A stretch of 64,000 nucleotides of DNA, from positions 1-64,000 of the IMG/VR virus record IMGVR_UViG_3300033388_006651; one strand, written 5' to 3'. The DNA comes from a virus. Shown piece by piece: positions 48,952-59,115 of this stretch (its first letter is position 1; each line of letters starts with the position of its first letter). The translations under genes and the position numbers were made by a program. Under the pieces are notes generated by a model that saw only the letters and a list, made by a program, of their open reading frames with translations, was not told the origin of the DNA and did no database searches.

Positions 48952-49299
48952 ATGGCATTTGGAAAAATAGACCAACGCGCGTACAAAAAAGCACTGCATG
49001 AGGCGGTCGATAGCTATTCAGGAGTGCCGTCAGTTAGCGACGTTCTGGACAAGATGGCCAGGGCAGAAAAGGAGCACCCGAACTACCTCAACAACGAGAC
49101 GGTCCGTGACAGCCTTCACAAATATCTCCTCGCGCACAATGCACCTCGCGCAAAGAAGTTCGTGGATCACCTCCCGGACACGACGGCGGCCCCTTGGGTT
49201 GTGGCATCGATGATGGCGGGAATGGCGGTGCTCGCTTTTGGGGCAATCGCCCTTGTTGTCGGGTTGGCGATTTTCCTGTTTCAGTATTTTTTCGGCTAG
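48952..49299 (+). CDS. Hypothetical membrane protein
   Basis: SD GAGGT upstream. Hydrophobic C-terminus. Confidence 0.6.
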   Translation: MAFGKIDQRAYKKALHEAVDSYSGVPSVSDVLDKMARAEKEHPNYLNNETVRDSLHKYLLAHNAPRAKKFVDHLPDTTAAPWVVASMMAGMAVLAFGAIALVVGLAIFLFQYFFG

Positions 49300-49422
49300 G
49301 CCGGATCGAACTCAGCGTTTCGTGAAAAGATGAGCGTGGCACGGCTGCGCCTATAGAACCCCCTTCTTGTGACTTCCTACCTTACGGTGGGGCGACGCCC
49401 ACCGAGGGGGTACAAGAAGAGC

Positions 49423-50067
49423 ATGAAGCTCGCGGACGCATACGAACGGCTCCAATGGGGCGCCCCGTTGTCATTTGAGCGAGCTGCGCTCGGGGGCGAG
49501 AACGACGCGCCGACGTTTCCTCGTGGGATCGGCACGTCGGTCCACATGTTGATCGAGCTCTACCTCGACATACACCGGAGCCGAACCTCTCAGTTCGGAC
49601 GCCCATATTTCCTGGTTCGGTGTCTGTCCTCAGGACAAGGGAGAGAGCTACGAGACTGGCTGTCGAGAATCCATCACAGGCTCGATCTCGACGTGGACCT
49701 CGACCGTGTCCGGTTTTCCCCTACGAGTGGGGGTACCGAGAGGATTCGTGGGGAGATTTGGTATTCGTGGGCCATTTTCTGCGATCACTCGGTCAAGGAA
49801 GAGGACACCGTTGGGGCCGATCGTAACGTGGGACCTTACGGTCTCATCCGTCGTCTCGAGCCAGACAACTCTCGCATCCGTCCGTTTTGGAGAGCCTATG
49901 ATCGTGATGACCGGTATATCGGTGCGCTCACCGACAACGGCAAAAGCGATCTGATGGATACGGCAACGTGTCCCATCACGTTGGGAGGCACGCGGCCAAC
50001 GACGTACCCGGCGGCTTTCCTGGGAACCGATGTGAGTGTCCGTCTCCGAAAGGCGTTTGCTCGATGA
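49423..50067 (+). CDS. Hypothetical protein
   Basis: ORF 49369..50067, with the likely ATG at 49423. ATGA overlap with the next gene. Confidence 0.55.
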   Translation: MKLADAYERLQWGAPLSFERAALGGENDAPTFPRGIGTSVHMLIELYLDIHRSRTSQFGRPYFLVRCLSSGQGRELRDWLSRIHHRLDLDVDLDRVRFSPTSGGTERIRGEIWYSWAIFCDHSVKEEDTVGADRNVGPYGLIRRLEPDNSRIRPFWRAYDRDDRYIGALTDNGKSDLMDTATCPITLGGTRPTTYPAAFLGTDVSVRLRKAFAR

Positions 50068-50663
50068 GCTTCGAGCGCATGCGTGCCCGTGCGGAACGGG
50101 TCAAGACCGAGTGCGATCTCGGAACTCTTTTGCAGGATTACGGCTACGCCGTTTTCTCCGACCGCCATCGGGAGCAGCAGTTCTCGTGTGACCTGCACGG
50201 CGTGGACAACAGCCCGTCGGCTCGTCTCTACGGCCACAACAACACGACCTACTGCTGGGCCTGTGGGAAGACCCGAGACCCTATCTCCTACGTGATCGAG
50301 AAGGAGCTCCTGAACTTCCGGGGTGCCGTGGAGTATCTCGAAAAGAAGATGGGGCTCCCTCCTCTTCCCTGGTCCGATGACCACGAACGTCCCGTCACCG
50401 TCGAGGATGAGATCAGCAAGATCGAGAAGACCTCGACGACCGTCACCTACGCGCAAGCCAAACAGCGCCTGGGCAAGTTCCTGGAGTCGCTGACTACCGA
50501 CCGTGATATGGGTTCAAGCTCTCTCCTCTCGTTCTGGGAGGTGTACGACCGGGTGGACTACGGCGTGGCTCGAGAGAACTGGGAGGAGCACAAAGGTGCG
50601 GCGGCGATGGAGGGGTTGCGGGAGCGTGTCATGAAGAAACTCCAGGAGGTGTCGGGGCAGTGA
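50064..50663 (+). CDS. CHC2 zinc-finger protein (primase-like Zn-binding domain without TOPRIM)
   Basis: CDLHG.DNSPS...YCWACG...DPISYV......F..AV..L. Confidence 0.8.
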   Translation: MSFERMRARAERVKTECDLGTLLQDYGYAVFSDRHREQQFSCDLHGVDNSPSARLYGHNNTTYCWACGKTRDPISYVIEKELLNFRGAVEYLEKKMGLPPLPWSDDHERPVTVEDEISKIEKTSTTVTYAQAKQRLGKFLESLTTDRDMGSSSLLSFWEVYDRVDYGVARENWEEHKGAAAMEGLRERVMKKLQEVSGQ

Positions 50664-51115
50664 TCACGGGCATGCGTTACGCCATGATCCAGGACCCCGA
50701 TCGCTTCCGCATAGTTCCGGTGCTTTACCCGACGCCGTTGCCCGACAATCTATGGGGAGTCCTCCTTCCGTTGCGCGATACCGTCTGGGGCGCGCAGATT
50801 CCGACCGTCACTGGGGAGGCGTTATCACATGCGTTGCATGGCGACCCGAAGGCGTTTCTTGAAATGTTGGGGCGCCCACCTCGAGGCCGACCGTTACGTT
50901 TGGAGATGGAGGATCGCAGGTGCATCGAAGCCCAACACGAAACGTGCGCCCTGGCGGGATCGCACTGCGTACCAGGGTCGGGCAAATTGCCCGATTGCTA
51001 CCTCGCACCCTACGAAGATCCCACGCTGAGACTCCTGGCGGTCACTGTGGGCCGGGCGTGGGACGAGGGGCGCGCGGTATTCGTCGTAGAGGGCCCTGAG
51101 TTTATGGTTCGGTGA
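50660..51115 (+). CDS. Hypothetical protein
   Basis: GTGA overlap. Contains a Cys cluster. Confidence 0.6.
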   Translation: MITGMRYAMIQDPDRFRIVPVLYPTPLPDNLWGVLLPLRDTVWGAQIPTVTGEALSHALHGDPKAFLEMLGRPPRGRPLRLEMEDRRCIEAQHETCALAGSHCVPGSGKLPDCYLAPYEDPTLRLLAVTVGRAWDEGRAVFVVEGPEFMVR

Positions 51116-51154
51116 ATTCCGGGGAGTAGAACCTCCGAGCGAGAGGACCCACCG

Positions 51155-54100
51155 ATGAGTTTCCTGGATGAGTTGGAAGTAGCCACACGGCCTGATGTTG
51201 AAAAGAAGCCTTGGATGAGCAAGGTAACGATGGAACTTGTTTCCGTCGAAACCCTTGAACGCGTCATCGACGAGTGTATCGAAGCCGGGCATTACGCCCT
51301 CGACGTTGAGACCACCGGTCTGGACAACCGCTATTTCAAGGAAATGGGCGGCACCAAGGACAAGATCGTCGGGATCTGTTTGAGCCCTGACGGACACCGG
51401 GGCTACTACATCCCGGTTCGTCACAAGAAGGGTCAAGAACACAACATTCCCCTGACGCTTTTCAACGAGCAGATGCTCCGACTCGTGGAATCGGAAGCCA
51501 TCGCCATTTTCCACAACGCCAAATTCGATCAGGAGTTCCTCCAGTTCAACGGCGGCGCGACGCTGGGCATCTGGGACGACCCGCTCAAGTTCGAGGACAC
51601 CCTCATCCTGGCGTGGCTCCGGAACACCCGCGAACGGAACAAGGGCCTCAAGCATCTGAGCAAGGTCGAGCTCGACAAGGAGATGATCGAGATTACCGAT
51701 CTCTTCGGAAAGGATGAAGTCAAGAAGCGCAAGGGCTACATCAACTTCGAGGAACTCGACCCCTCCTGGGAGCCTTGTATTTGGTACGCGTGTTCGGACG
51801 CGATCTGCACCTACCTGCTCTACCAAGTTCTGCACCCCCAGGTGGTGGCGCCGGACGGGAACCGGGGCCGTGGCCAGGAAGTCGTGTACCGCCTGGAGAA
51901 GATGTGCCTTCCGGCGACACGCTGGATGGAGCGGTGCCGGGTTTGGATCGATCCCGAGAAGGTCTCCGAGCTGATTCAGATCGGTCAGGTCGAATACTTC
52001 GAGTGCATCATCACCATCTACGATTTCTGCAACAAAGCCCTCGGCCGCAAAATCGAGCCCGGCTGGGTGCGTCTCCTGCGTGAGAAGTTCATCCCCGACG
52101 ACGCCGACTACAACATCAACAAGCAGATCGAGGACCTGCGTCTGGAAGCGAACCGTGGTCGGATGGATGACTACGACGCGAACGGTCATTTCATGAAGAC
52201 CCAGTCAGGGTTTGCCGAACGCTACGACATTCTCAGTCGCCAGCAGCTCGGGCCTCTGTTCGAGGAACTCAAGATCCCGGACCTCCGCAAGACGGAGAAG
52301 TCCGAGCAGATCATGACGACGCAGTCAGAGATCGACCGGCTCAACGAAAAGTACGGGCACCGGTACTCGTTCCTCCCGAAGATCAAGCGCCTGGGCGAAC
52401 TCCAGAAAGCCCTGGGCACGTACCTGATCTCCCTGCACAACGACGTGGGCCCTGACGGCACCCTGCGCATCAACTACCGTCAGACCGGCACAGACACGGG
52501 ACGTTTCACGACACCGTCTTCACGTCGTCCGCAGCTCGACGGTGGGACGAAGTTCCCGATGCACGGCACACCGGCTTCGTACGACAAGACTCGACCAGAG
52601 TGTCTTCTCCGGATTCGTGAGGCCATCAAGGCGCGACCCGGCAAGCTCATGGCTGCTCTCGACTTTGGCGGCGTGGAACTCAGGATCGCCACCATCCTGT
52701 CTGGCGAGCCCAAGTGGCTCGAGGAGTATTTCCGTTGCAGCACCTGTGGTCAGGAGTTCGAGCGCGGTGACGGCAAGAGCACCCCGGAAGCGCCCCCGGC
52801 TTACTGCCCCAAGTGCGGCGACGACCGCATCGGCGATCTCCACACGCTCACCGGCGTCACCTTCTACGGCAACGAGCGCATGTCCACCAAAGAGGGGAAG
52901 GGGCTGCGACAGGGTGCCAAATCTGCAAATTTCGCTATGGCTTACGGAGGGGGTCCGAGCGCCATCATGCGTGCCATCGAAGGTTGCACCGAGCAGGAGG
53001 CTGCTCGGCATCACCGGACCTTCAACAACACCTACGGCACGCTGAAAGCCTGGTGGGATCAGATCAAGGGCTTCGGTCGCAAGCACGGCTACGTGGCCAC
53101 GGCCTTCGGGCGTCACTACCCGCTGCCCGACATCCGGTTGCCCATCAGCCAGCGCGATGTTGCCAAGGACCTTCGCGAGAAGTACCAAGCCAAGATCGAA
53201 GCCGGCAAGGAGGCCACGGCGCCGACCGACGCGGACGTGAAGAAGTTCATGGACTTCAACCGAAAGTTCCGGGCGAAGGCCGAGCGTAACGCGACCAACG
53301 GACCCATCCAGGGGTTGAGCGCGGACATCACCAAGCTGGCGATGGCGCTGATCTACCGCGAGTGCAAGAAGCGCGGCTGGTTCGACAAGGTGGCGATGAC
53401 CATCACGATTCACGATGAGCTTGTGTTCGAGATCGATCTCGATCTTGCACCCGAGGCTCTTGAGGTGTTCCAGGAGATCATGACCCGGAACAAGACGCTC
53501 CTGAATCTCAAGTGGAGTGTCCCGCTGACGACGGACTGCGAGATCGGGCACGATTGGACCGTCCCCTGGGACATCAAGGATTTCAAGTTCCAGCGTGTGC
53601 GTGCCGACGGTTTCCAGACCAATGAGCACGGGGGGCTGTACCGTCACGAAAAAGACGATAAGAACGGCAAGTTCAAAGCAGGTGAGTTGGGGGCCAAGCG
53701 GTGGCCTCCTGAATACGTGAAAACATTCGGTGCCGTGTACGGCTTCGCGCCGGTTACGGAAAACTTGACCGCCGAAGAAGGTAAAAAGTTCTTCGGTGAC
53801 GACTGGACGCCGTTGCCGCTGTCGGACAAGGCGACGGCCCCGGTGCGCCCTTTGAGCATCACGACGGCCAGTAGTCCGCAGCCGTCCTCCAGTGTTGCTC
53901 AGACGCCTCAGATGCCCCAGGAGCCTTCGCAGCCCACTCCCGCGCCCGTTGCGGCACCCACGTTGGACACCGCTCCTGCTGCCCCTCAGCGCCCCTCACC
54001 GGTGCAGCTTGAGAAGGGCGAACCGTTCCAATACGAGCTCCGTGAGATTGGTGTAGGAGTCGCGGAAAAATTGGCCCGTGTGATCGTACAGTGTCAGGGG

Positions 54101-54220
54101 CGCGGCGCTCATCCATTACGCGTCATCGACCCTACGGGAAAATCTGTCCTGTGGGATGGAGCGACCATCATGGTCAACCCTGTCGAGTTCAATATCGCCG
54201 CCAACTACCACGGGATCTAA
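51155..54220 (+). CDS. Family A DNA polymerase (3'-5' exonuclease plus polymerase)
   Basis: Exonuclease motifs DVETTG, HNAKFD and YACSD. Polymerase motifs TGRF, A DFGGVELR, B RQGAKSANFAMAYG, NGPIQG and C IHDEL. Pro-rich C-terminal linker. Confidence 0.95.
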   Translation: MSFLDELEVATRPDVEKKPWMSKVTMELVSVETLERVIDECIEAGHYALDVETTGLDNRYFKEMGGTKDKIVGICLSPDGHRGYYIPVRHKKGQEHNIPLTLFNEQMLRLVESEAIAIFHNAKFDQEFLQFNGGATLGIWDDPLKFEDTLILAWLRNTRERNKGLKHLSKVELDKEMIEITDLFGKDEVKKRKGYINFEELDPSWEPCIWYACSDAICTYLLYQVLHPQVVAPDGNRGRGQEVVYRLEKMCLPATRWMERCRVWIDPEKVSELIQIGQVEYFECIITIYDFCNKALGRKIEPGWVRLLREKFIPDDADYNINKQIEDLRLEANRGRMDDYDANGHFMKTQSGFAERYDILSRQQLGPLFEELKIPDLRKTEKSEQIMTTQSEIDRLNEKYGHRYSFLPKIKRLGELQKALGTYLISLHNDVGPDGTLRINYRQTGTDTGRFTTPSSRRPQLDGGTKFPMHGTPASYDKTRPECLLRIREAIKARPGKLMAALDFGGVELRIATILSGEPKWLEEYFRCSTCGQEFERGDGKSTPEAPPAYCPKCGDDRIGDLHTLTGVTFYGNERMSTKEGKGLRQGAKSANFAMAYGGGPSAIMRAIEGCTEQEAARHHRTFNNTYGTLKAWWDQIKGFGRKHGYVATAFGRHYPLPDIRLPISQRDVAKDLREKYQAKIEAGKEATAPTDADVKKFMDFNRKFRAKAERNATNGPIQGLSADITKLAMALIYRECKKRGWFDKVAMTITIHDELVFEIDLDLAPEALEVFQEIMTRNKTLLNLKWSVPLTTDCEIGHDWTVPWDIKDFKFQRVRADGFQTNEHGGLYRHEKDDKNGKFKAGELGAKRWPPEYVKTFGAVYGFAPVTENLTAEEGKKFFGDDWTPLPLSDKATAPVRPLSITTASSPQPSSSVAQTPQMPQEPSQPTPAPVAAPTLDTAPAAPQRPSPVQLEKGEPFQYELREIGVGVAEKLARVIVQCQGRGAHPLRVIDPTGKSVLWDGATIMVNPVEFNIAANYHGI

Positions 54221-54224
54221 CCCA

Positions 54225-54890
54225 ATGCTGAAACCCCTGACGACCATTTTCCGAGATCACGAGATCACTCTCGAGTGCACTCACAAGAAGATCTTCCCTC
54301 CCCCTCAGATGTACGGGTCCACGCCCGAAGACATCGACACCCTGTGGAAGCAGGGCGTCATCGATCAGAACCAGTACCAGCAGCTCCGGGTCTGGAAAGA
54401 GAAGTGCGGCATCATGGTGATGGGACCGCGCTGTCTCGACTGCCCGTTGGCGAAAAAGCAGAATCCTCGTCCCGGGCGCCCCAACGTCATCGAGACCGAG
54501 TCGTGGATTGCGGCGAAGGAGAAGATGCACTGGGCCGACATGAAGGCCGGCAAGCTGGCCCCTCCCGGAGATACGATCGTGGTCGAAGGAAAGGCAACTC
54601 TCACCGTAAAGATTGCTTCGGAGCCGGAGACTGTGGTCAGCGAGAAGGGGTTTGTGAAAAAGGGAACGCCGGTGCCCGTCGCCGTCGTGGAGCCCCAGGA
54701 AACAGAGCCCGCGGCCGAAGAAACGCTCCCCGAAGAAACGATGGAGGAGGCTCCGGCCGAGCCCGAGAAGGAGACGCTGCTCGACGCCCTCAAGAACCCT
54801 GACAAGTTTCTCGTTCAGGAAACCGATCCGGAACCTGAGTCCGATGACGGCTTGGGCGACGACATTCTGGACGCGCTCGCGGACGACTGA
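54225..54890 (+). CDS. Hypothetical protein with an acidic C-terminus
   Basis: The ATG at 54225 is in frame with ORF 54156..54890. Confidence 0.6.
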   Translation: MLKPLTTIFRDHEITLECTHKKIFPPPQMYGSTPEDIDTLWKQGVIDQNQYQQLRVWKEKCGIMVMGPRCLDCPLAKKQNPRPGRPNVIETESWIAAKEKMHWADMKAGKLAPPGDTIVVEGKATLTVKIASEPETVVSEKGFVKKGTPVPVAVVEPQETEPAAEETLPEETMEEAPAEPEKETLLDALKNPDKFLVQETDPEPESDDGLGDDILDALADD

Positions 54891-55918
54891 TGGCGAAGAA
54901 GCCGCCCAAGCTGAGTCTCGGAGATCGGGTTCTTGGAATGACGCCCCGCAAGAAGCGGGATCTCCTTGCTGGGTGCAATGAAGCTGGCAAGCAGTGGTTT
55001 CATCCGGACGATCACGTCTTCATGAAGACGTTCTGTCGTCTCTGCAAGAACGCAGACTGCATCCGTGCCAAGGGAGCCATCAGCCCTTGGCACACCCGCA
55101 TGGCGGAACAGGTGGACTACCTGCTCAACGATCCGGCGTTTTCCGACATCACGAGCGAAGCCCATCGGGATCTGGCCAACCAGGCGTTCAACGACATCGG
55201 CCACAAGATGCAGCGCCTGGAGATCGCCAAGCAACGCCAGGACTGGGAAATCCCGGAAGGCCCCACCGATGGTTTCGACAAGGTGGCTGCACCGGACACG
55301 ACGGACCAGTTCGATGAGGCCGCCAAGGAGCTCGCCCGAGCTCGGGGCAAGAAAGAGCCTGATCTTCCGCGTCCTCAAGGGGAGGATGCTCCGGCGCATT
55401 TCCAGGTCGATGAGGACGACGACGATCCGTACGAGTACGACACGGACTACCCGAGTTCGGATGGGAGTCGCACGTACCACGTCACGCTCGACAAGGGCGG
55501 TCACTGGGCCTGTGAATGCAACGGCTACAAGCACCGCAAGAAGTGCAAGCACATCGATACCGTCGCCCAGTGGTACCGGGAGCAACTTGAGCGTGATGAT
55601 GACGACGATGATGATGACGACGACGGCTCTTCAGGAGGGCCCACAGGAGGTGCACCGGCGCAACTTGAAGCACCCCGACCTGCTGCCCCGGAGCCACGAC
55701 CTGAACCGCCGCCTCGAGACCCCAGGCTTCCTGCAGAGCCGCGTCCTTTCAACACACCGATGCCGCAAGGTGGCGTGATGGTCGGGCGTGAGGACATGCC
55801 ACCTGACCAGGGGCAGCAGCGTACGAGTGCTCCGCAGAAAGATCCTTGGGCAATTCCCACGCAGAAGGTTGTGGAACCCGGCGCGAGAGTTACCTTGAAG
55901 AGCAAGAAGAAGCCATGA
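54890..55918 (+). CDS. SWIM-type zinc-finger protein
   Basis: YHVTL...WACEC...CKHI, with Asp- and Pro-rich tracts. Confidence 0.7.
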   Translation: MAKKPPKLSLGDRVLGMTPRKKRDLLAGCNEAGKQWFHPDDHVFMKTFCRLCKNADCIRAKGAISPWHTRMAEQVDYLLNDPAFSDITSEAHRDLANQAFNDIGHKMQRLEIAKQRQDWEIPEGPTDGFDKVAAPDTTDQFDEAAKELARARGKKEPDLPRPQGEDAPAHFQVDEDDDDPYEYDTDYPSSDGSRTYHVTLDKGGHWACECNGYKHRKKCKHIDTVAQWYREQLERDDDDDDDDDDGSSGGPTGGAPAQLEAPRPAAPEPRPEPPPRDPRLPAEPRPFNTPMPQGGVMVGREDMPPDQGQQRTSAPQKDPWAIPTQKVVEPGARVTLKSKKKP

Positions 55919-56994
55919 GTGACGAAAAAGCGTTCCTTGATGCGGTGCTGCGATTCGGCCATGAGTTCCTGGACAAGAATCCCGGGCTCATTGATTTGAT
56001 TGAAACGGCTCGAGCCGGTGCGCTGGACCCCAAGGAGGTCATCAAGGAGGTGTGGCGTGCGGCGGCCGAGAACCAGGAGTTCCAAGACAGCGTGCAGAAA
56101 GCTCTGTCGGAAGCCTTCGGAGTCCAGGATTCGACAGCACTGGCCAAGCTACCCGAGCGCGAGAAGATGCTCGAACGGTGGGGATTCTCGGATGAGGATT
56201 TGGTCTTCCAGCCCTTCGAGAATCGACCTGACTACAAGATGCTCCATCCGCTGTTGATGGGGATGATCGTCGAACTCATCCAGTTCGATGGCGACATTCC
56301 TGAGCTGCGTACCGGCCCTCTTCCAGAAGGCGGCTCCCCGGCAGTTCCCGTCAAAACAATGGCCCGCAACCCGGTGGTGATCGGCGCCATGCTGCGGCGA
56401 GCCAGTGAAGAAGTTACTCTCGAACTCGGCGCAGCCAAAATCGAACAAGACCAGAAGGTTGCGGCCCTCATCCAAGCACTTCCCGAAGGCGACCCTGCGG
56501 TTTCTGGGCTTGTGCGTCAGGAGACTGAGCGAGGGCTTGCGGTGCCGGGGTACCGCCCCGGGCAGAAGGCGCAGATGCGAGAAGTGGAAGCCCCCACCGG
56601 ATCCCAGCTTGCGCGTATGCCTTTCAAGGAGAAGCAAGAGCTGGCCCACAAGGCGCTGACCAGTACGCAGGGTCGGCGCTCGGCCGTGCCGGTGATTACA
56701 GAGATGATGGCTGCGGCTTTGGGCCCGATGGTCCAAAAGCTGGAGATCGTGGCTCGTAACGCTAACGATCCGTTCGCCGAGGCGGAATGGGCGGTGCAGA
56801 TCGACGGAGGCGTCTCCGAACGCAATCCGAATTTCAACTTCATCGACACTGCGGCCCAGTCGCTGACCAACAAACTGCGTCGGGAACTCGGGGCCCAAGA
56901 TGCTTGGGGTGATGAGTACGAATTGGTGGTCGCTCCCATCAATACGGTTGACGACCGTCGCGTTGGCTGGCGGGCTGCTTTGTACGCTTCGTGA
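55915..56994 (+). CDS. Hypothetical protein
   Basis: ATGA overlap at 55915. Confidence 0.65.
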   Translation: MSDEKAFLDAVLRFGHEFLDKNPGLIDLIETARAGALDPKEVIKEVWRAAAENQEFQDSVQKALSEAFGVQDSTALAKLPEREKMLERWGFSDEDLVFQPFENRPDYKMLHPLLMGMIVELIQFDGDIPELRTGPLPEGGSPAVPVKTMARNPVVIGAMLRRASEEVTLELGAAKIEQDQKVAALIQALPEGDPAVSGLVRQETERGLAVPGYRPGQKAQMREVEAPTGSQLARMPFKEKQELAHKALTSTQGRRSAVPVITEMMAAALGPMVQKLEIVARNANDPFAEAEWAVQIDGGVSERNPNFNFIDTAAQSLTNKLRRELGAQDAWGDEYELVVAPINTVDDRRVGWRAALYAS

Positions 56995-57030
56995 AAAGGG
57001 CGCTCAGGCTTTTGCGTAAAAAGGAGGAAG

Positions 57031-57405
57031 ATGGTGGTCACCGTGTCCAGTCATATCTCCGCAGTTCGCGCAGCCGTGGAGCACGCACGTCAAAGTGGGA
57101 GCTGGATCGTCATTGTGGCGCCGTCCGGAGGGCCCGAGACGACGCTCCAGGAGACCCTCACAGCCGTCCGGCCGCCTGACGCCGCCATGGGGGGCCGAAC
57201 CCTCCTGATACCTGGTGGCGGGCGTGTGACGGTCACAGGAGGGTCTTGTGATGTGGCCGGGGAGGGTTACTTCATGATGACCCTGGGCTACGACACCAAA
57301 TTGACCCCCAGGGAAGAGATCGCTCTCCATGGTTGGCGTCAGAATGCCGCCGGGATGGTTACGATGGGTGCACAGCCAGGTGAGCTGAGGATCATACGAA
57401 AATGA
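57031..57405 (+). CDS. Hypothetical protein
   Basis: Strong SD AGGAGG. Confidence 0.6.
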   Translation: MVVTVSSHISAVRAAVEHARQSGSWIVIVAPSGGPETTLQETLTAVRPPDAAMGGRTLLIPGGGRVTVTGGSCDVAGEGYFMMTLGYDTKLTPREEIALHGWRQNAAGMVTMGAQPGELRIIRK

Positions 57406-57845
57406 GACAGCTTTGGATTTTTCGCGTATCGGGAGGGGAGCCTTTTCAACTTCAAGTGACGGGCAACCCGTCCATGAATTACGACGGGCGCCCCAATGCG
57501 CTCCTTCGGACATTGTGCACGCGCGAGCAAGCGATGACGCTGGAGGCTGAGATCCGGGCGAAGGGTTGCACGGTCGAAGCGAGTTGCCCCGATGAGAGCC
57601 CCGCGCAAACAGAGAAGCGCAAGAACATCATGCACGTCCTCGGGGGCGAGATCACGTTCCCCTCTGTCAAGTGCGCCGAGTGTGCGTGGTTCGATCCAGC
57701 GATTCCGAGTTTGTGCGGTGCTGGTTTCTCGAGCATCGCTGACCGCAAGGGTTGGGACGACGACGCCATGAAGGGCGTGATGGAGAGCGAGAAATACGCG
57801 GACGACTTCGCCAGTTGCCCTATCCGGGACGACCAGATGCAATGA
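57402..57845 (+). CDS. Hypothetical Cys-containing protein
   Basis: ATGA overlaps at both ends. Confidence 0.6.
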   Translation: MRQLWIFRVSGGEPFQLQVTGNPSMNYDGRPNALLRTLCTREQAMTLEAEIRAKGCTVEASCPDESPAQTEKRKNIMHVLGGEITFPSVKCAECAWFDPAIPSLCGAGFSSIADRKGWDDDAMKGVMESEKYADDFASCPIRDDQMQ

Positions 57846-58099
57846 AAGCGAAAACGGAAGAAGACAGGATTTTGGACGCCCGTGAGAGCGCGTTCATGTG
57901 GGGCGCCACGGCGCTGGCGACCGTGCTGGTTGTGCTCGGGGTCATCGGTGCCCAGTACGACAAACCGTGGTGCACGATGGACCTTGCGGAGGTTCCTCGT
58001 GGGATGGAGCTTTTTGCCCTGGCAGTGTGTGCTCTCGGGTACAAAGGGTCCCGGTGGTTTGGCGTGAACCGGTTTGACCCGAAGCGGAAAAAGAAATGA
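57842..58099 (+). CDS. Small membrane protein
   Basis: ATGA overlaps. Two hydrophobic segments. Confidence 0.55.
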   Translation: MKAKTEEDRILDARESAFMWGATALATVLVVLGVIGAQYDKPWCTMDLAEVPRGMELFALAVCALGYKGSRWFGVNRFDPKRKKK

Positions 58100-58728
58100 G
58101 CGACGACGAAAAAGAGAAACGGAGCCCCCAACTCGAAGTTCGCGATGGCGGCATGCCCCCACGCGCCGAAGTCCAGAAGCTCCTCAAGGGGACTTTCCTT
58201 GATGTCTATGGCGAGAACTATATGGGCAGCGGGCTCGGGTTCTCTGATTGGATGCGCACGATGGACATCCTTCGTTACGAGCGCTGGTACGGGAACCAGG
58301 CCCGTGACGAGAAGAGGCGCCGGATGAAGTACCTGGTCGCCCTGTGCGCTGAGCAGGAGCGCTTGGTCGAAGCTGATATCACCGCCACGGGGTTGTCCGA
58401 GTCGGTGATCGAGTGCCTCGTCGAGGGTGACTGGAACAGCGTGAAAAGCTGGACCACTGCGCTCAAGTTCGAGGACGAGAACCAGTCCTGGCGCGAAGAG
58501 ATGCAGAAGCGGTTCGCCAAGTTCGTGGAGATCGCCGAGGAAGCCTACGAGACGCGCCCGAGGGCCTTCTGCCCTGTGTGCCGGCGCCCCACTCCGAAAG
58601 AGAACATCGGCTCGTTCAAGGACGGCCGTCACGAATGTCCGTGGTGCGCCATCATCCACGATGACGACGGCGAAGCCATCGAGAAGAGCAAAGCCCATCT
58701 GAGCCCCGTGGAGGATACCAATGAGTGA
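58096..58728 (+). CDS. Hypothetical protein with a C-terminal Zn ribbon
   Basis: CPVC...CPWC. Confidence 0.6.
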   Translation: MSDDEKEKRSPQLEVRDGGMPPRAEVQKLLKGTFLDVYGENYMGSGLGFSDWMRTMDILRYERWYGNQARDEKRRRMKYLVALCAEQERLVEADITATGLSESVIECLVEGDWNSVKSWTTALKFEDENQSWREEMQKRFAKFVEIAEEAYETRPRAFCPVCRRPTPKENIGSFKDGRHECPWCAIIHDDDGEAIEKSKAHLSPVEDTNE

Positions 58729-59113
58729 CATGTTACCCCTGGGCACCGTGCTCGATCATCCGTGCCCTGAGTGCGGGAGCACGATGGTGCTCCGCAAAAG
58801 CAAGTACGGGGTCTTCTACGGCTGCTCGGAGTTCCCAAAGTGCAAAGCTGCACACGGGGCCCACAAGAGTTCCGGCAAGCCCCTGGGCACGCCGGCCAAC
58901 AAGAAGACCAAGCAGGCCCGGATGCGTGCTCACGCGTCCTTCGACACGCTGTGGAAGGACAAGCACATGGACCGAAGCGCCGCGTACGTGTGGATGCAGG
59001 AGGCCATGGAGATGACCGAGGACGAAGCCCACATCGGCAAGTTCAGCGAAGAGCACTGCGACCAGCTCGAGATGCTGGTCAATGATTATCTCGAAGAGCA
59101 GGACGATAAATAG
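58721..59113 (+). CDS. Topoisomerase-C4-like Zn finger / DUF3268-like protein
   Basis: CPECG..MVLR.SKYG.FYGCS.FPKC, PLGTPA, R..AH..FD.LW and HIG.F. Confidence 0.7.
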   Translation: MSDMLPLGTVLDHPCPECGSTMVLRKSKYGVFYGCSEFPKCKAAHGAHKSSGKPLGTPANKKTKQARMRAHASFDTLWKDKHMDRSAAYVWMQEAMEMTEDEAHIGKFSEEHCDQLEMLVNDYLEEQDDK

Positions 59114-59115
59114 CC

